From the NCBI RefSeq assembly GCF_001194135.2, contig NC_069000.1, positions 8,336,092 through 8,400,091 of the forward strand: DNA of 64,000 nucleotides, read 5' to 3'. The notes under the pieces were generated by a model. The model did no database searches. It saw only the letters and a list, made by a program, of their open reading frames with translations, and was not told the DNA's origin. How positions within the stretch are numbered: position 1 is the stretch's first letter; each line of letters opens with the position of its first letter. The stretch is from Octopus bimaculoides (lineage: Eukaryota). Shown one piece after another: positions 55,975-63,057 of this stretch. Position numbers and translations under genes: made by a program.

Positions 55975-57136
55975 ACACACATGCACACACACTTATCAAA
56001 ATAAAGAAAATGATAAATAGAATTTTAGAGTGCTACTACCAATAAAACTCACACACTACATGACAATACTTACATTTCTTTTGAAAGGCCTGTTGAATTT
56101 CGCCAGTATTCTGGGAACTGACTGAACTGGTAGGTGTATATTATGCAGAGTATAGCCATTGAATAAATGATGACAACCCACCAGAAAATATACATTGTCA
56201 GACGCCATATGGTGTAGGAGAGCTACAAGCATACCAATATCACAGAAGGTTAGAGACACACAGAAAAGGTTTCCAAACTTTGAAGGAGAGATATTGTAAT
56301 TTCAATCAGCATGAAAAACCATTTTATTTTACTGAAATATGACAGGCAATTTTTAAACCAAGATAACCATTATTTAATCAAAGATACCCATAATTTTTAA
56401 TCAAAGATTATCTGTTAATCCCACTGATGTCAATCAGGTGGTAGAATAACCATACTTTTGAGAAAAACTTTTTTTTTTATCTATTTTATGTCTTACTAAA
56501 TTTAGGATCATTAGGATTGTCCTTAGAATGTATGTAGGGGTCTCAGAATTTTTAGAAAATGAAATAGTGGATTCCACACCAAAATAAGTTTAGGAACCAC
56601 TTGCCCTTGTGCATCTGCCACATAAAGCCTGCATGTGATTCCACTATACCTCTTGTACATCCAAAGCTTACACTGGGTTACCTACTGCATTTTGAGGAGG
56701 AGGAGAAGTGAGCCTAGACTCCTACCTTTATACTAAATTCTTCATTAAACTAATCACTAATTCTTAATTTTGCACCTTTGTACAGCCCTCACAAGTCCTT
56801 CATCAACGCTTCATTTCCTCAGTAGCCATCACTTGACTACAGGTGAATATTCACAAATAAAACAAACACATTATATAACAAATATTTGAAAGTGTAAATT
56901 AATAAGCATTCTCAGAATGAAAATGTTGACTACTCATATTTTTAATATTCTTTCGTCATAAACAGAAATTTCACTCCTCAAACAATTTCACTTAATTTGT
57001 TTAATAAAAAAGATTAAATTCTGCTCACAGTTAAAATGAACGGAATGAATCTGAACGTGTGTTGCAAATTGAGTAAAACAAGTTAGAGATGGATGCAAGG
57101 GAGCTAACTCTATATGACTTAAAGACAACACTCAAC

Positions 57137-57169
<33 letters not shown>

Positions 57170-59183
57170 CGCACAACTGTAAATACTATCGATATGTTCG
57201 ACTTATTTATGCCTTCATTTATTTATTTTTACTTTCCACCAATTCAATGGATACACACACAATGACTTTGTACATGATTTAACATTTTCTTTTCAATTAG
57301 GGAGAATGGAGAAGCAAATTCTAAAGCTGAACTCTACATTGCATGCCATCAGAAATGTCAAGAGAGAATATGTCCTTACCTGGAACAGAATAACAAAGTA
57401 GAGGAAGAAGATCAAATAGATGAGCCTGTAAGCTACTCTGTCTTGTATTGCGATTGTTAGCATCATTCCAGCACAGATGAATATCCAGTATTTGCTAAGC
57501 AGTGACCATATGTAACGTCCTGCATGAAAAGAAAAAACAAAAATAAATATATCAAGATATAATAAACTGAGCATAGCATGAAGTGGCCAGCTACATTTAG
57601 AATCAGTTAACTATCTACCTACCTATCTATATTTACAAATATCTACTTATCTATATTTACACTCTGCAGAGTGGTTGGTGTTAGGAAGGGCATCCAGCTG
57701 TAAAAAATCCTGCCAAAACAGTCACAGAAGTCTGGTGCAGGCTTCAGCCTGGCCGGCTCTTGTGAAACCGTCCCACTCATGCTAGCATGGAAGGCGGTTG
57801 TTAAATGATGATGATGATACACACACACAAACAGAGAGAGAGAGCGGGGGGGAGAGATGCTGGTTATAAATGTGGTTGACCATTTCATGCAGACAGGGAT
57901 GAGAATAAGACTTGTAAAGACTGAGATAATGATCCTCTCAAGGAAATCTTCCCAATGCACTCTGCAAGTTAATGAAACATCATTGAGACAAGTGGAGAGG
58001 TTTAAGTATTTTGTTGTCAAATTCACAAACGATGGGAGGCAGTAGGCTGAACCGGATTGTAATTTAGGTAAAACAAAATCCTTATAAGATGCAAAGTTGA
58101 TATATTTTAAAAAGTAATGGGTAAGATAAAATGTGTAAGCTTACATACCAATATGTTTAATAGTACTCCCATCATAACCATCAACAAATTCTGAATCCAT
58201 TGGAGAATCTAAAAGAGAGGACCCATAACGAAGAAAACAGTTCATTAGTAAGAAGAAAATCAGTTATATCATTTTGTAAACAGATATTGTATTGAAGGAC
58301 ATGAACTAGTATAGTTATTTAATATATGGAATAGAACAGAATATTTATTTAGCATATGGAGTAGAATAATTACAATTCATTACAACTGATTGGTTAAATT
58401 ATATATTTATCCAAATTATTATTACTGTGTCTAGAAACTGAAGTCAATGACATCATCTACTAATGTATTATCAGAAGCCAGAGGGATGAAAGAGAGGATT
58501 CATCTGAGAAAAATATTGAATTCAGATTAAAGGATGTTCAGTTTAACATTTTAATGTTTAGCAAACAGTCATGTTGATTAAGAAGAGAAATTCACATTCT
58601 GAAAAACAGGACATGTTGTTGCCTTAAACCATGACAAACTAAGACTGCAACTAATTAATCAACGCCAGACTGTGCAACTCTTCTCCAAAGCAGCAAAAAT
58701 ATGGCCAACTAATTCAATATATTCTTTTACATTCGAAGGAAACTTCCTAAAGCATTTAGGATATGAATAAAAGGGTTCTAGCTATGAATTAGAATCTGGA
58801 TAAATTTTCTTATTTAACTTTGCAAACATAAATCATATTTTTTCCTCTAGCTATTGAAATAAGGGGAGAATGAAATTAGGGTAGGATTAAAAATCAAGTG
58901 TTCGATAATAAAATCATGGATATTAATTTGAGACATTTGATAAATAAATGAGTTATTTTCAAAAGATACATTGACTGGCAAAAAAAAAAAAAAAAAAAAA
59001 AATCAACAGAATAACATGCAAGAAGAAAACAATACAAATAATACATTTACACAGATATGAGTATGTGTGTGTGTATATATGTATGTGTGTATACATATAT
59101 ATATATATGTATATATATATACCAATGAATGAATCTATATATATATATATATACATATATATATGAATGAATGAATGAATGAA

Positions 59184-59233
<50 letters not shown>

Positions 59234-59651
59234 TATATATAAATATATATATGTATATATAGTTGGAATTTACAATAAAAATTAAAAAAACGCAAAGACG
59301 GGTGTGTAAACAGCAAACAGATGTATTAGTTTAACGCTCGGGAAGTGAGAAAGGTTTTTATGTTTCAAGCCTACGCTCTTCAACAGAAAGGAACACAGAA
59401 ATGAGCAGATAGAGAAAATAAAAAAGGTTTGGTGGCTAGTGATGAATCATGGCGAATGCCAGACAGGAGAGTTAAGAAGAAGGGAAGATAATAAAAAAAA
59501 AGTAGTGGAGATCCCAAAATGAAAGTGCGCATGTGTGTGTATGTGAGAGTGTGTATGTCCGTGTGGATAGGGGCTGGTGACTTTGACGTGTGTGTGTGTG
59601 CGCATGTCTAGGTGTGTGGATGATGGTATGGGTGCTGGAAAGTGATCAGTG

Positions 59652-59695
<44 letters not shown>

Positions 59696-59786
59696 GTGTA
59701 TATATGTGTATATATGTGTGTATGTATGTGTGTGTATATATCTATATACACATGTGCATATGCGTATGTGTGTTTGTGTGTGCATA

Positions 59787-59826
<40 letters not shown>

Positions 59827-60815
59827 TGCATGTGTATATATATATGTGTGTGTGCATGTGGATTAGGCAAAAAGAAGCATAATTCGATGACAAATAGGCA
59901 AAAAAATTAGGGGATTCCAACAAGGATATTGATGAAATAAGAAAGAATCAGTGAAGTGAGTGGAGGCAGTCGATTAATCAGCAAACTCAGCATGTATTTG
60001 ATATAAACAATTTATAAAATCATGCAGCTTCGTTAGAAAGGCAGTTGATTGCAATAGCCAACTTATGACGGATATTCTGCTCAAAGATCCCAACTGAAAT
60101 AGTTTCTATCACAAAAAGAGTTTAGAATAGAAGATGTTAATAGAGGGGGAAAACAATTAGCATAGATACTCTTGACAAACAGCAAGTGAGCTTTTCTGTA
60201 ACCAAAGCTGCAAAGAATATGTGAACTGGAATAAATACTGCCAATGGTTAGCACAAAATTATTTTCAGCCAAAAAGAATAAAAACTTGCAATGAATGTTT
60301 ATTGGATATTTTGAAATTGGTAAATGAAGGAATGAAGTAAAAATTCAAGTAAATTAGATTCAGGAATTCGTCTACAGTTGTTGTCAGTTTAATATGAGCA
60401 GATCTCTAAAATATCACACAAGTTTATAGCAAAAATAAAACACACAGCATAAAAAAAAAACCTCAGTGAAAGCTGTAGGTTATATATTGGGGAATAAAGT
60501 TGGAATGAATCTATGAAATGAATCCAATGAAATGACTATTTTCTCCAAAATATTGGGAGTATTTTGATAAATAAGTAGGTACTAACTACTGATAGCAGTT
60601 TATATATATATATACATACACAGTAGTACCTCAGTTTTTAAACAACTCTGATCGCAAATAAATCGTGCTTCATGTAGATAGATAGATAGATAGATAGATA
60701 GAGCATGATTTATTCGTGACCAGAGGCATTCATAAACCAAGGTACTACTGTATTAAATGAATATGAGAAAGACAGAAGAGAGTATGATTCAGAAACTGAG
60801 CTTCTACTGTGTATG

Positions 60816-60850
<35 letters not shown>

Positions 60851-61299
60851 ACAATTAAAAGGGTAAAGGATTATCAATTTATTAATAAATTAATAATTAA
60901 TCATCTTTACCAAGCCCTTCGGTATGTAAGCACCATTATCAGTGTGGAACTTATTTAAAAGTTCTTATACATTTATAAACAAAATTAAGGGGTCAGCAAC
61001 AGGTTGCTTCACCACATACCGAAGTTCAAAAATAGCAGCTAAAAATGCTGAAACTCCAACAGATAGCAGTTACCCGCAACTCACATAGGCAAAACAAGAA
61101 GAAAAATAACGAACTAAACTATGGCTAGTTTAGTTCGTTATTTTTCTTCTTGTTTTGCTTATGTGAGTTGCGGGTAACTGATATCTGTTGGAGTTTCAGC
61201 ATTTTTAGCTGCTATTTTTGAACTTCGGTATGTGGTGAAGCAACCTGTTGCTGACCCCTTAATTTTGTTTATATATATATACATACATATATGTATATG

Positions 61300-61359
<60 letters not shown>

Positions 61360-62143
61360 CAATAAAATACCTATTGAATAATAATTTCTGTAATAGGTTT
61401 CAATACTTAAACAAGATTTAATGTGTGTACATATATGCACAAATGCTTCAATGTTTTCCTTATTTCTTTGACATTTTCTTTAAGGAAAGAACTGGTTTCT
61501 AAGAAACAAAGCTCTTTCATTGACTGTAGAAAAAAACCCCAACACAAAAGAGACACATCTTGAATACTGGAAAAGACTCACTTTCATTCTTCCACTTACA
61601 GACTGAATGTGCAGTATACAGGTTGGTCGATCCCTTTCTTTACTTCAAAACCTTAGCTGTCCCAGATTATTAACATTTAGTAACATAAACTAGTGCACCA
61701 ATGTTCATTGGTATAAATGTAAATTCATAATCGAGATAGAGAAGTAATAAGTTTTGAAGCAGTTGACAATAAATGTTGTCTTTATTACCAAACTTGAATG
61801 AAATCTCCACTTTGCACATCATCTGAGCAACTAACCTTTACAACAGTTCATAGATTTGGGTATTTTTTATTTTTTGTGTGTTCTGTCCTAAACAACAGTG
61901 TCAGACCTGATATGTTTGTATTTAGCAGAATATTTTATGGAAATATTCCTTATGTGTTAATGAATGAATTTAAGCAAAATCAGAAACACCTTTTATATTT
62001 ATTTTGGGCATTCTTTCATAGAGATGGTACTGAATAGGAATGTCATATCTTGAAGAAATGCTTGAGTACCTCTTCGTCCACAGATATAACATTATCAATG
62101 CCATCGACATTTTTGGACATATCTTGCAAGTTTAGCAGCTTCG

Positions 62144-62232
<89 letters not shown>

Positions 62233-62286
62233 CTTTGAAAATGAGTGTGTAAGTAAGGCTATATGACAGTGTACATAATATGAGTG

Positions 62287-62336
<50 letters not shown>

Positions 62337-63057
62337 ATGTGAGGCTTACCGGTAAAAGCTAGTATATGGTTGCTTAATAGGGGTGGAATGTTCTTTTCAT
62401 TTCTCTGAAGATAGGAATAATAATTTTTTTGATAGAGAGAATTCGTTAAAAAGATCATAGAACCATGGGATTCTTATCCTAAAAAAGAACTGGAGAAATG
62501 AAGAGAACATTCCAGTCATATGAAGCAACTGTATACCTATGTTTGCCCACTGCAGTATAGATATGTGTGTATATATTTGCATGTCAGTGAATCTATGTTG
62601 TAGGTACGTGGTTACATATCAGCCTATCTGGCAGTATTTGTGTATATTTATCTGCCTGCATAAATACAGAGTCCACCAAAAACATGTATGCATACTCCAG
62701 GAAAGGAAAAATCTGTATAAATATTTAACTTGTATAAGTACCCCTATAAATATAAATGCCTATTTCAATGTTTTATCAAATTGTAACAAGACAGAATAAA
62801 TTGCAATGACACTGAATTAAAATATTTACACAAATTTTTCCTTTCCTGAAGTGTGTAGACATTTTTTTGATGAACTCTGTAACGTAGGTATGCGAGAGTA
62901 TATATATGCACTCGCCTTCCATTTATCATCCCCTAAAAACAACCAGTGTTTCACTAAATAATCCTCACCTCTTCCACCTAATTACATAACTTACCTTGGG
63001 CCAGGGCAATAAATATGTCAATAATGGTTGGAACACGAACAGACAACTTGGAATTTT
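4056..63057 (-). CDS. Piezo: Piezo-type mechanosensitive ion channel, 5'-partial spliced gene (41 coding exons in window, ~1880 aa)
   Basis: The joined exons translate without stops and contain Piezo hallmarks: [25 protein letters not shown] (PFEW), [16 protein letters not shown] and [20 protein letters not shown]. All 40 introns are GT-AG with matching phases. Exon lengths sum to 5645 = 2 + 1881 codons including the stop. Confidence 0.98.
4556..5170. mobile_element. piggyBac-type MITE interrupted by a family C SINE (nested)
   Basis: Left end ccctttagcattcagattac at ~4559, right end aatgctaaagag at ~5156-5167; family C sequence at ~4655-4995 between them. Confidence 0.65.
6865..7780. other. 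Assembly gap (largest). Other gaps: 5980-5989, 17845-18438, 23423-23627, 27030-27174, 35860-36018, 42825-43163, 53370-53510, 55768-55923
   Basis: Runs of N, mostly bordered by microsatellites. Confidence 0.99.
7790..7962 (-). mobile_element. SINE family B 5' part
   Basis: Head sequence on the minus strand adjoining the gap. Confidence 0.75.
9075..9338. mobile_element. hAT (Charlie-type) MITE
   Basis: TIR CTGTGGTTCCCAAACC / GGTTGAGAACCACTG; TSD decayed. Confidence 0.65.
11264..11456 (-). mobile_element. SINE family A (left member of inverted pair)
   Basis: Family A core on the minus strand. Confidence 0.75.
11489..11712 (+). mobile_element. SINE family A (right member of inverted pair)
   Basis: aggcagcaagctgg...gactttgcctttcatcctttcaggg...caggccttgtgccaatagtagaaaggattatt. 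Confidence 0.8.
12228..12435 (-). CDS. Piezo: Piezo exon W40 (cap end: ...DWW...[18 protein letters not shown])
   Basis: WW and F.D...P..F....GYG motifs; tattgcag / GG|gtatgt. Confidence 0.96.
12697..12890 (+). mobile_element. tRNA-derived SINE family E
   Basis: ggagggcgcatggctcagtggtcagagc...ttgagcaaggcactttatttcacgttgctccag; related copies at ~27275-27500 (-), ~31975-32225 (+), ~33320-33657 (-). Confidence 0.7.
13122..13198 (-). CDS. Piezo: Piezo exon W39 (cap: [25 protein letters not shown])
   Basis: IP.LF motif; atttcag / A|gtaagt; required to restore phase between W38 and W40. Confidence 0.93.
13339..13618. mobile_element. hAT (Charlie-type) MITE
   Basis: TIR CAGTGGTTCC / GGAACCTCTG; 8-bp flanks aactagac / gactaggc (6/8, CTAG core). 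Confidence 0.75.
15637..15756 (-). CDS. Piezo: Piezo exon W38 (cap: [11 protein letters not shown]...SSQL), phase 2/2
   Basis: ctctcttcag / GT|gtaagt. Confidence 0.9.
16047..16316. mobile_element. Fold-back MITE with ~100-bp imperfect TIRs
   Basis: attgttatatttcaggatggtcat... / ...atgaccattctgaaatataacaat; a half copy occurs at ~30770-30915. Confidence 0.7.
16403..16572 (-). CDS. Piezo: Piezo exon W37 (cap: RASSFLTSY...[12 protein letters not shown]...SFT)
   Basis: S.S.W.ISPPS motif; gaaacag / AG|gtaagt. Confidence 0.95.
17331..17520 (-). mobile_element. SINE family A
   Basis: Core and head similarity. Confidence 0.7.
17548..18720 (+). mobile_element. 5'-truncated R4/Dong-clade non-LTR retrotransposon (RLE type), centre in a gap
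   Basis: [10 protein letters not shown] post-RT motif with an in-frame TAA at 17746-17748. 18440-18598 encodes [11 protein letters not shown]...[16 protein letters not shown], a typical RLE C-terminus. (TAA)n tail and upstream (TAA)n. Confidence 0.75.
18786..18878 (-). CDS. Piezo: Piezo exon W36 (cap: PLFKMTVQQ...DTTP)
   Basis: PLF.M motif; ttttccag / CCT|gtaagt. Confidence 0.95.
19209..19404. mobile_element. piggyBac-type MITE, degenerate copy
   Basis: Internal sequence matches 34128-34337; decayed termini. Confidence 0.6.
19533..19718 (-). CDS. Piezo: Piezo exon W35 (linker + outer helix: [20 protein letters not shown]...WFPL...GGYQ)
   Basis: KY..GG and IIWFPL motifs; cttacag / CAA|gtaagt. 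Confidence 0.98.
20178..20325 (-). CDS. Piezo: Piezo exon W34 (PFEW motif: [19 protein letters not shown]...EDIYANIF)
   Basis: Piezo signature motif; gtttcag / GCT|gtaagt. Confidence 0.98.
20908..21066 (-). CDS. Piezo: Piezo exon W33 (…[32 protein letters not shown]…)
   Basis: Highly conserved anchor segment; gttttcag / GG|gtaagc. Confidence 0.98.
21530..21696 (-). CDS. Piezo: Piezo exon W32 ([22 protein letters not shown]...LPAITN)
   Basis: QF..IIDRAL.LRK motif; ctttccag / AG|gtgagc. Confidence 0.98.
22168..22212 (-). CDS. Piezo: Piezo exon W31 ([15 protein letters not shown])
   Basis: tttggcag / CGA|gtaagt; matches the segment preceding VP..FL in Piezos. Confidence 0.9.
23175..23734 (-). 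mobile_element. SINE family B, full length, gap over its microsatellite
   Basis: Tail at 23175-23390 and head at 23628-23734 on the minus strand. Confidence 0.8.
23903..24056 (-). CDS. Piezo: Piezo exon W30 (FVSVMKPF...[11 protein letters not shown]...GYWAFGPV)
   Basis: DVYA.MF..D and WAFG motifs; ttgcag / GTT|gtaagt. Confidence 0.96.
25567..25590 (-). CDS. Piezo: Piezo microexon W29 (24 nt, ILTVLET), phase 2/2
   Basis: ctttgcttttgctcttcag acceptor, AG|gtaaga donor, open in the required phase. Not required for frame, so it may be a cassette exon. Confidence 0.72.
26712..26911 (-). CDS. Piezo: Piezo exon W28 ([17 protein letters not shown]...VQKK)
   Basis: ctctcacag / AA|gtaagg; disordered loop. 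Confidence 0.9.
27707..27805 (-). CDS. Piezo: Piezo exon W27 ([10 protein letters not shown]...QMHD)
   Basis: YGLW motif; gttgtag / GAT|gtgagt. Confidence 0.95.
28164..28352 (-). CDS. Piezo: Piezo exon W26 ([17 protein letters not shown]...PPRILGIEK...HRTILK)
   Basis: KYLFQF.FFPWN and PPRILG motifs; cttccag / AAG|gtatgt. Confidence 0.97.
28493..28795 (-). mobile_element. Two tandem partial SINE family A copies separated by (TAA)n
   Basis: 28493-28620 (5' part) and 28640-28795 (3' part). Confidence 0.7.
28845..29103 (-). CDS. Piezo: Piezo exon W25 (…[17 protein letters not shown]…[16 protein letters not shown])
   Basis: SELVCY and PRPSK.FW...I.YTE motifs; ttccag / GAG|gtagat. Confidence 0.97.
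29168..29593 (+). mobile_element. tRNA-derived SINE family B, full length
   Basis: Head ggctgtgtggtaagtagcttgcttacgaaccacatggttccgggttcagtccc, internal (TA)(TG)n, tail cagtcaaatgactgaaaccagtaaaagag. Confidence 0.85.
30770..30915. mobile_element. Half copy of the 16047-16316 fold-back element
   Basis: Reverse complement of ~16055-16200 (gtgcatgtgtttatttggcaa...atgaccatcctgaaatata). Confidence 0.65.
31065..31350. repeat. ~25-28-bp minisatellite (tatagcagtaatccaatat...) with (TA)n, next to a mariner-like end at ~30993-31057
   Basis: About 8-9 imperfect copies of agcagt(a/t)atccaatat. Confidence 0.8.
31523..31597 (-). CDS. Piezo: Piezo exon W24 ([24 protein letters not shown])
   Basis: ctcttgcag / AA|gtaagt; phase 2/2. 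Confidence 0.85.
32388..32482 (-). CDS. Piezo: Piezo exon W23 ([15 protein letters not shown]...AAED)
   Basis: ttctttcag / AT|gtaaga; only one frame is open. Confidence 0.87.
32625..32825 (+). mobile_element. Family C SINE-like repeat
   Basis: Same core and (GAT)n tail. Confidence 0.75.
32898..33061 (-). CDS. Piezo: Piezo exon W22 ([10 protein letters not shown]...[17 protein letters not shown]...KIQ)
   Basis: ctttccag / CAG|gttagt; clasp-like helix. Confidence 0.92.
33320..33657 (-). mobile_element. SINE family E
   Basis: ctggagcaatgtgaaataaagtgt...caagaacacaa is the reverse complement of the family E body. Confidence 0.65.
33797..33866 (-). CDS. Piezo: Piezo exon W21 ([23 protein letters not shown])
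   Basis: catttcag / G|gtttgt; phase 0/1. Confidence 0.85.
34124..34341. mobile_element. piggyBac-type MITE, same family, opposite orientation
   Basis: TTAA|CCATTTAGCATT...AATGCTAAAGGG|TTAA. Confidence 0.8.
34419..34523 (-). CDS. Piezo: Piezo exon W20 ([16 protein letters not shown]...PSGD)
   Basis: catcttag / GAT|gtaagt; phase 0/0; also has an internal in-frame donor (see findings). Confidence 0.9.
34845..34987 (-). CDS. Piezo: Piezo exon W19 ([13 protein letters not shown]...GPLQ)
   Basis: SGDYYLFE motif; ttttcag / CAG|gtgaga. Confidence 0.96.
35305..35465 (-). CDS. Piezo: Piezo exon W18 (beam: GAELINRIL...KAKQ...EHFQ)
   Basis: SRGA motif and beam helix; gtccag / G|gtattt. Confidence 0.95.
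35678..35828 (-). CDS. Piezo: Piezo exon W17 ([24 protein letters not shown]...)
   Basis: WD.ICF.FLLLQRR motif; ttttgtag / AG|gtttgt. Confidence 0.96.
36988..37081 (-). CDS. Piezo: Piezo exon W16 (LVGCVY...[12 protein letters not shown]...)
   Basis: CW..LF..C motif; cttttcag / G|gttagt. Confidence 0.93.
37220..37330 (+). mobile_element. SINE family B 5' part
   Basis: ggagtggctgtgtggtaagtagcttgcttcccaaccacatgg. Confidence 0.75.
37661..37718 (-). CDS. Piezo: Piezo exon W15 ([19 protein letters not shown])
   Basis: ttacttag / CAG|gtaaga; TM helix. Confidence 0.93.
38324..38509 (-). CDS. Piezo: Piezo exon W14 ([11 protein letters not shown]...KPLRKLLW)
   Basis: SYLD motif; ccccag / TG|gtaagt. 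Confidence 0.97.
38560..39105. repeat. Long GA-rich low-complexity tract
   Basis: ~550 nt of (GA)n/(GATA)n/(GACA)n directly upstream of the W14 acceptor. Confidence 0.85.
39873..40090. mobile_element. Tc1/mariner-type MITE
   Basis: TIR gggtgctgaaaagttc(t)ctggcttt / aaagccaggaacttttcagcaccc followed by TA. Confidence 0.7.
40499..40560. mobile_element. hAT-like MITE end fragment
   Basis: CAGGGCCAGATTAAGACC...GAGGCCCTAAGCAC, a GC-rich terminus in AT-rich context; no partner TIR identified. Confidence 0.4.
41080..41302 (-). mobile_element. SINE family A
   Basis: Full head-core-tail; (ATT)n on both flanks. Confidence 0.8.
44371..44552. mobile_element. piggyBac-type MITE, internally deleted copy
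   Basis: taaccctttagcatt...aatgctaaagggtc. Confidence 0.7.
45131..45327 (+). mobile_element. SINE family A with 11-bp TSD, inserted into a family E SINE
   Basis: atattaacaag at 45120-45130 and 45328-45338. Confidence 0.8.
46770..47416 (-). mobile_element. Two SINE family B 5' parts (46770-46926, 47289-47416)
   Basis: caaatccactcacaaggctt...gacacttgcccaag...taccacacagcc. Confidence 0.7.
47890..48052 (-). CDS. Piezo: Piezo exon W13 ([15 protein letters not shown]...PVPDFTTTM)
   Basis: DF..QWQVF and PVPDF motifs; ttctccag / GC|gtaagt. Confidence 0.96.
48390..48975 (-). mobile_element. Cluster of 3 tandem SINE family A copies in (TAA/TGA)n
   Basis: Fragment ~48390-48460; copies ~48500-48730 and ~48755-48975. 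Confidence 0.7.
49252..49344 (-). CDS. Piezo: Piezo exon W12 ([19 protein letters not shown]...)
   Basis: YPW and WLxLP motifs; ttggcag / G|gtaaac. Confidence 0.95.
49805..50006 (-). CDS. Piezo: Piezo exon W11 ([17 protein letters not shown]...LGLCT)
   Basis: ctcacag / G|gtaaat; follows the KFGLE exon as in other Piezos. Confidence 0.95.
50727..50927 (-). CDS. Piezo: Piezo exon W10 (NYVAILLII...[13 protein letters not shown])
   Basis: [10 protein letters not shown] motif; ttgtag / GAG|gtaagt. Confidence 0.97.
51540..51656 (-). CDS. Piezo: Piezo exon W9 (DTWSNSTD...[10 protein letters not shown]...YLV)
   Basis: WIGLEK motif; ttttcag / GTG|gtaagt. Confidence 0.93.
52070..52243 (-). CDS. Piezo: Piezo exon W8 (VSAISAVY...WENNCT)
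   Basis: TM segments; ttctag / ACA|gtaagt. Confidence 0.95.
52515..52662 (-). mobile_element. SINE family B 5' part
   Basis: Reverse complement of the family B head. Confidence 0.7.
52817..52968 (-). CDS. Piezo: Piezo exon W7 (WRKELLLR...[11 protein letters not shown]...AAKE)
   Basis: WRLxEIH motif; tgcag / GAG|gtaagt. Confidence 0.95.
53206..53644 (+). mobile_element. SINE family B, full length, gap over its microsatellite
   Basis: Near-identical to 29168-29593. Confidence 0.85.
53965..54080 (-). CDS. Piezo: Piezo exon W6 ([16 protein letters not shown]...SKRPK)
   Basis: ttcttgtag / C|gttagt; phase 2/1 bridges W5 and W7. Confidence 0.88.
54300..54528. mobile_element. piggyBac-type MITE (TTAA|CCCTTTAGCATT...AATGCCAAAGAG|TTAA)
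   Basis: Terminal inverted repeats flanked by TTAA at 54300-54303 and 54525-54528. Confidence 0.8.
54620..54950 (+). mobile_element. SINE family A 3' fragment followed by a full copy (54727-54950)
   Basis: Family A tails separated by (ATT)(AAT)n. Confidence 0.75.
55182..55328 (-). CDS. Piezo: Piezo exon W5 (LEDLGLQQY...QVHYFHQPF)
   Basis: DLGL and LTPTSFL..QxHYFH motifs; ttctag / CT|gtgagt. Confidence 0.95.
55408..55597. repeat. 33-bp minisatellite, ~5.7 copies
   Basis: Unit ttatatgcatatatacaaacttttatatag(a/c)tc. Confidence 0.9.
56074..56222 (-). CDS. Piezo: Piezo exon W4 ([15 protein letters not shown]...[17 protein letters not shown])
   Basis: YTYQF motif; tgtag / AT|gtaagt. Confidence 0.95.
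57380..57519 (-). CDS. Piezo: Piezo exon W3 ([19 protein letters not shown]...VILFQ)
   Basis: KYWI motif of Piezo THU; tgcag / CAG|gtaagg. Confidence 0.95.
57660..57817 (+). mobile_element. Family C SINE-like repeat
   Basis: Near-identical to 4835-4995. Confidence 0.75.
57850..58075 (+). mobile_element. RTE-clade LINE reverse transcriptase fragment
   Basis: [14 protein letters not shown]...[15 protein letters not shown] resembles the RTE RT C-terminal region (FKYLG box); degenerate. Confidence 0.7.
58149..58208 (-). CDS. Piezo: Piezo exon W2 ([20 protein letters not shown]), phase 1/1
   Basis: ctcttttag acceptor, G|gtatgt donor, phase matches W3. Confidence 0.8.
59060..59860. repeat. Compound (TA)n/(TG)n/(GAAT)n microsatellite region
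   Basis: Visible dinucleotide and tetranucleotide runs. Confidence 0.85.
59262..59460 (-). mobile_element. Penelope-like element terminal fragment with degenerate hammerhead motif
   Basis: Minus strand CTTT-CTGTTGAA-GAGC-GTAG-GCTT-GAAAC-ATA-AAAA at 59355-59390. Family assignment is by motif resemblance only. Confidence 0.5.
60974..61273. repeat. Near-perfect inverted repeat: 148-bp arms, 4-nt loop, 2 mismatches
   Basis: 60974-61121 pairs with 61126-61273; mismatches at 61066/61181 and 61088/61159. Confidence 0.95.
62148..62337. repeat. (TG)n microsatellites
   Basis: Two long (TG)n runs. Confidence 0.9.
62995..63057 (-). CDS. Piezo: Piezo exon W1 ([21 protein letters not shown]), phase 1/1
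   Basis: ccatag acceptor, G|gtaagt donor, open frame compatible with W2. It lies in a poorly conserved loop, so support is splice signals and phase only. Confidence 0.65.
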
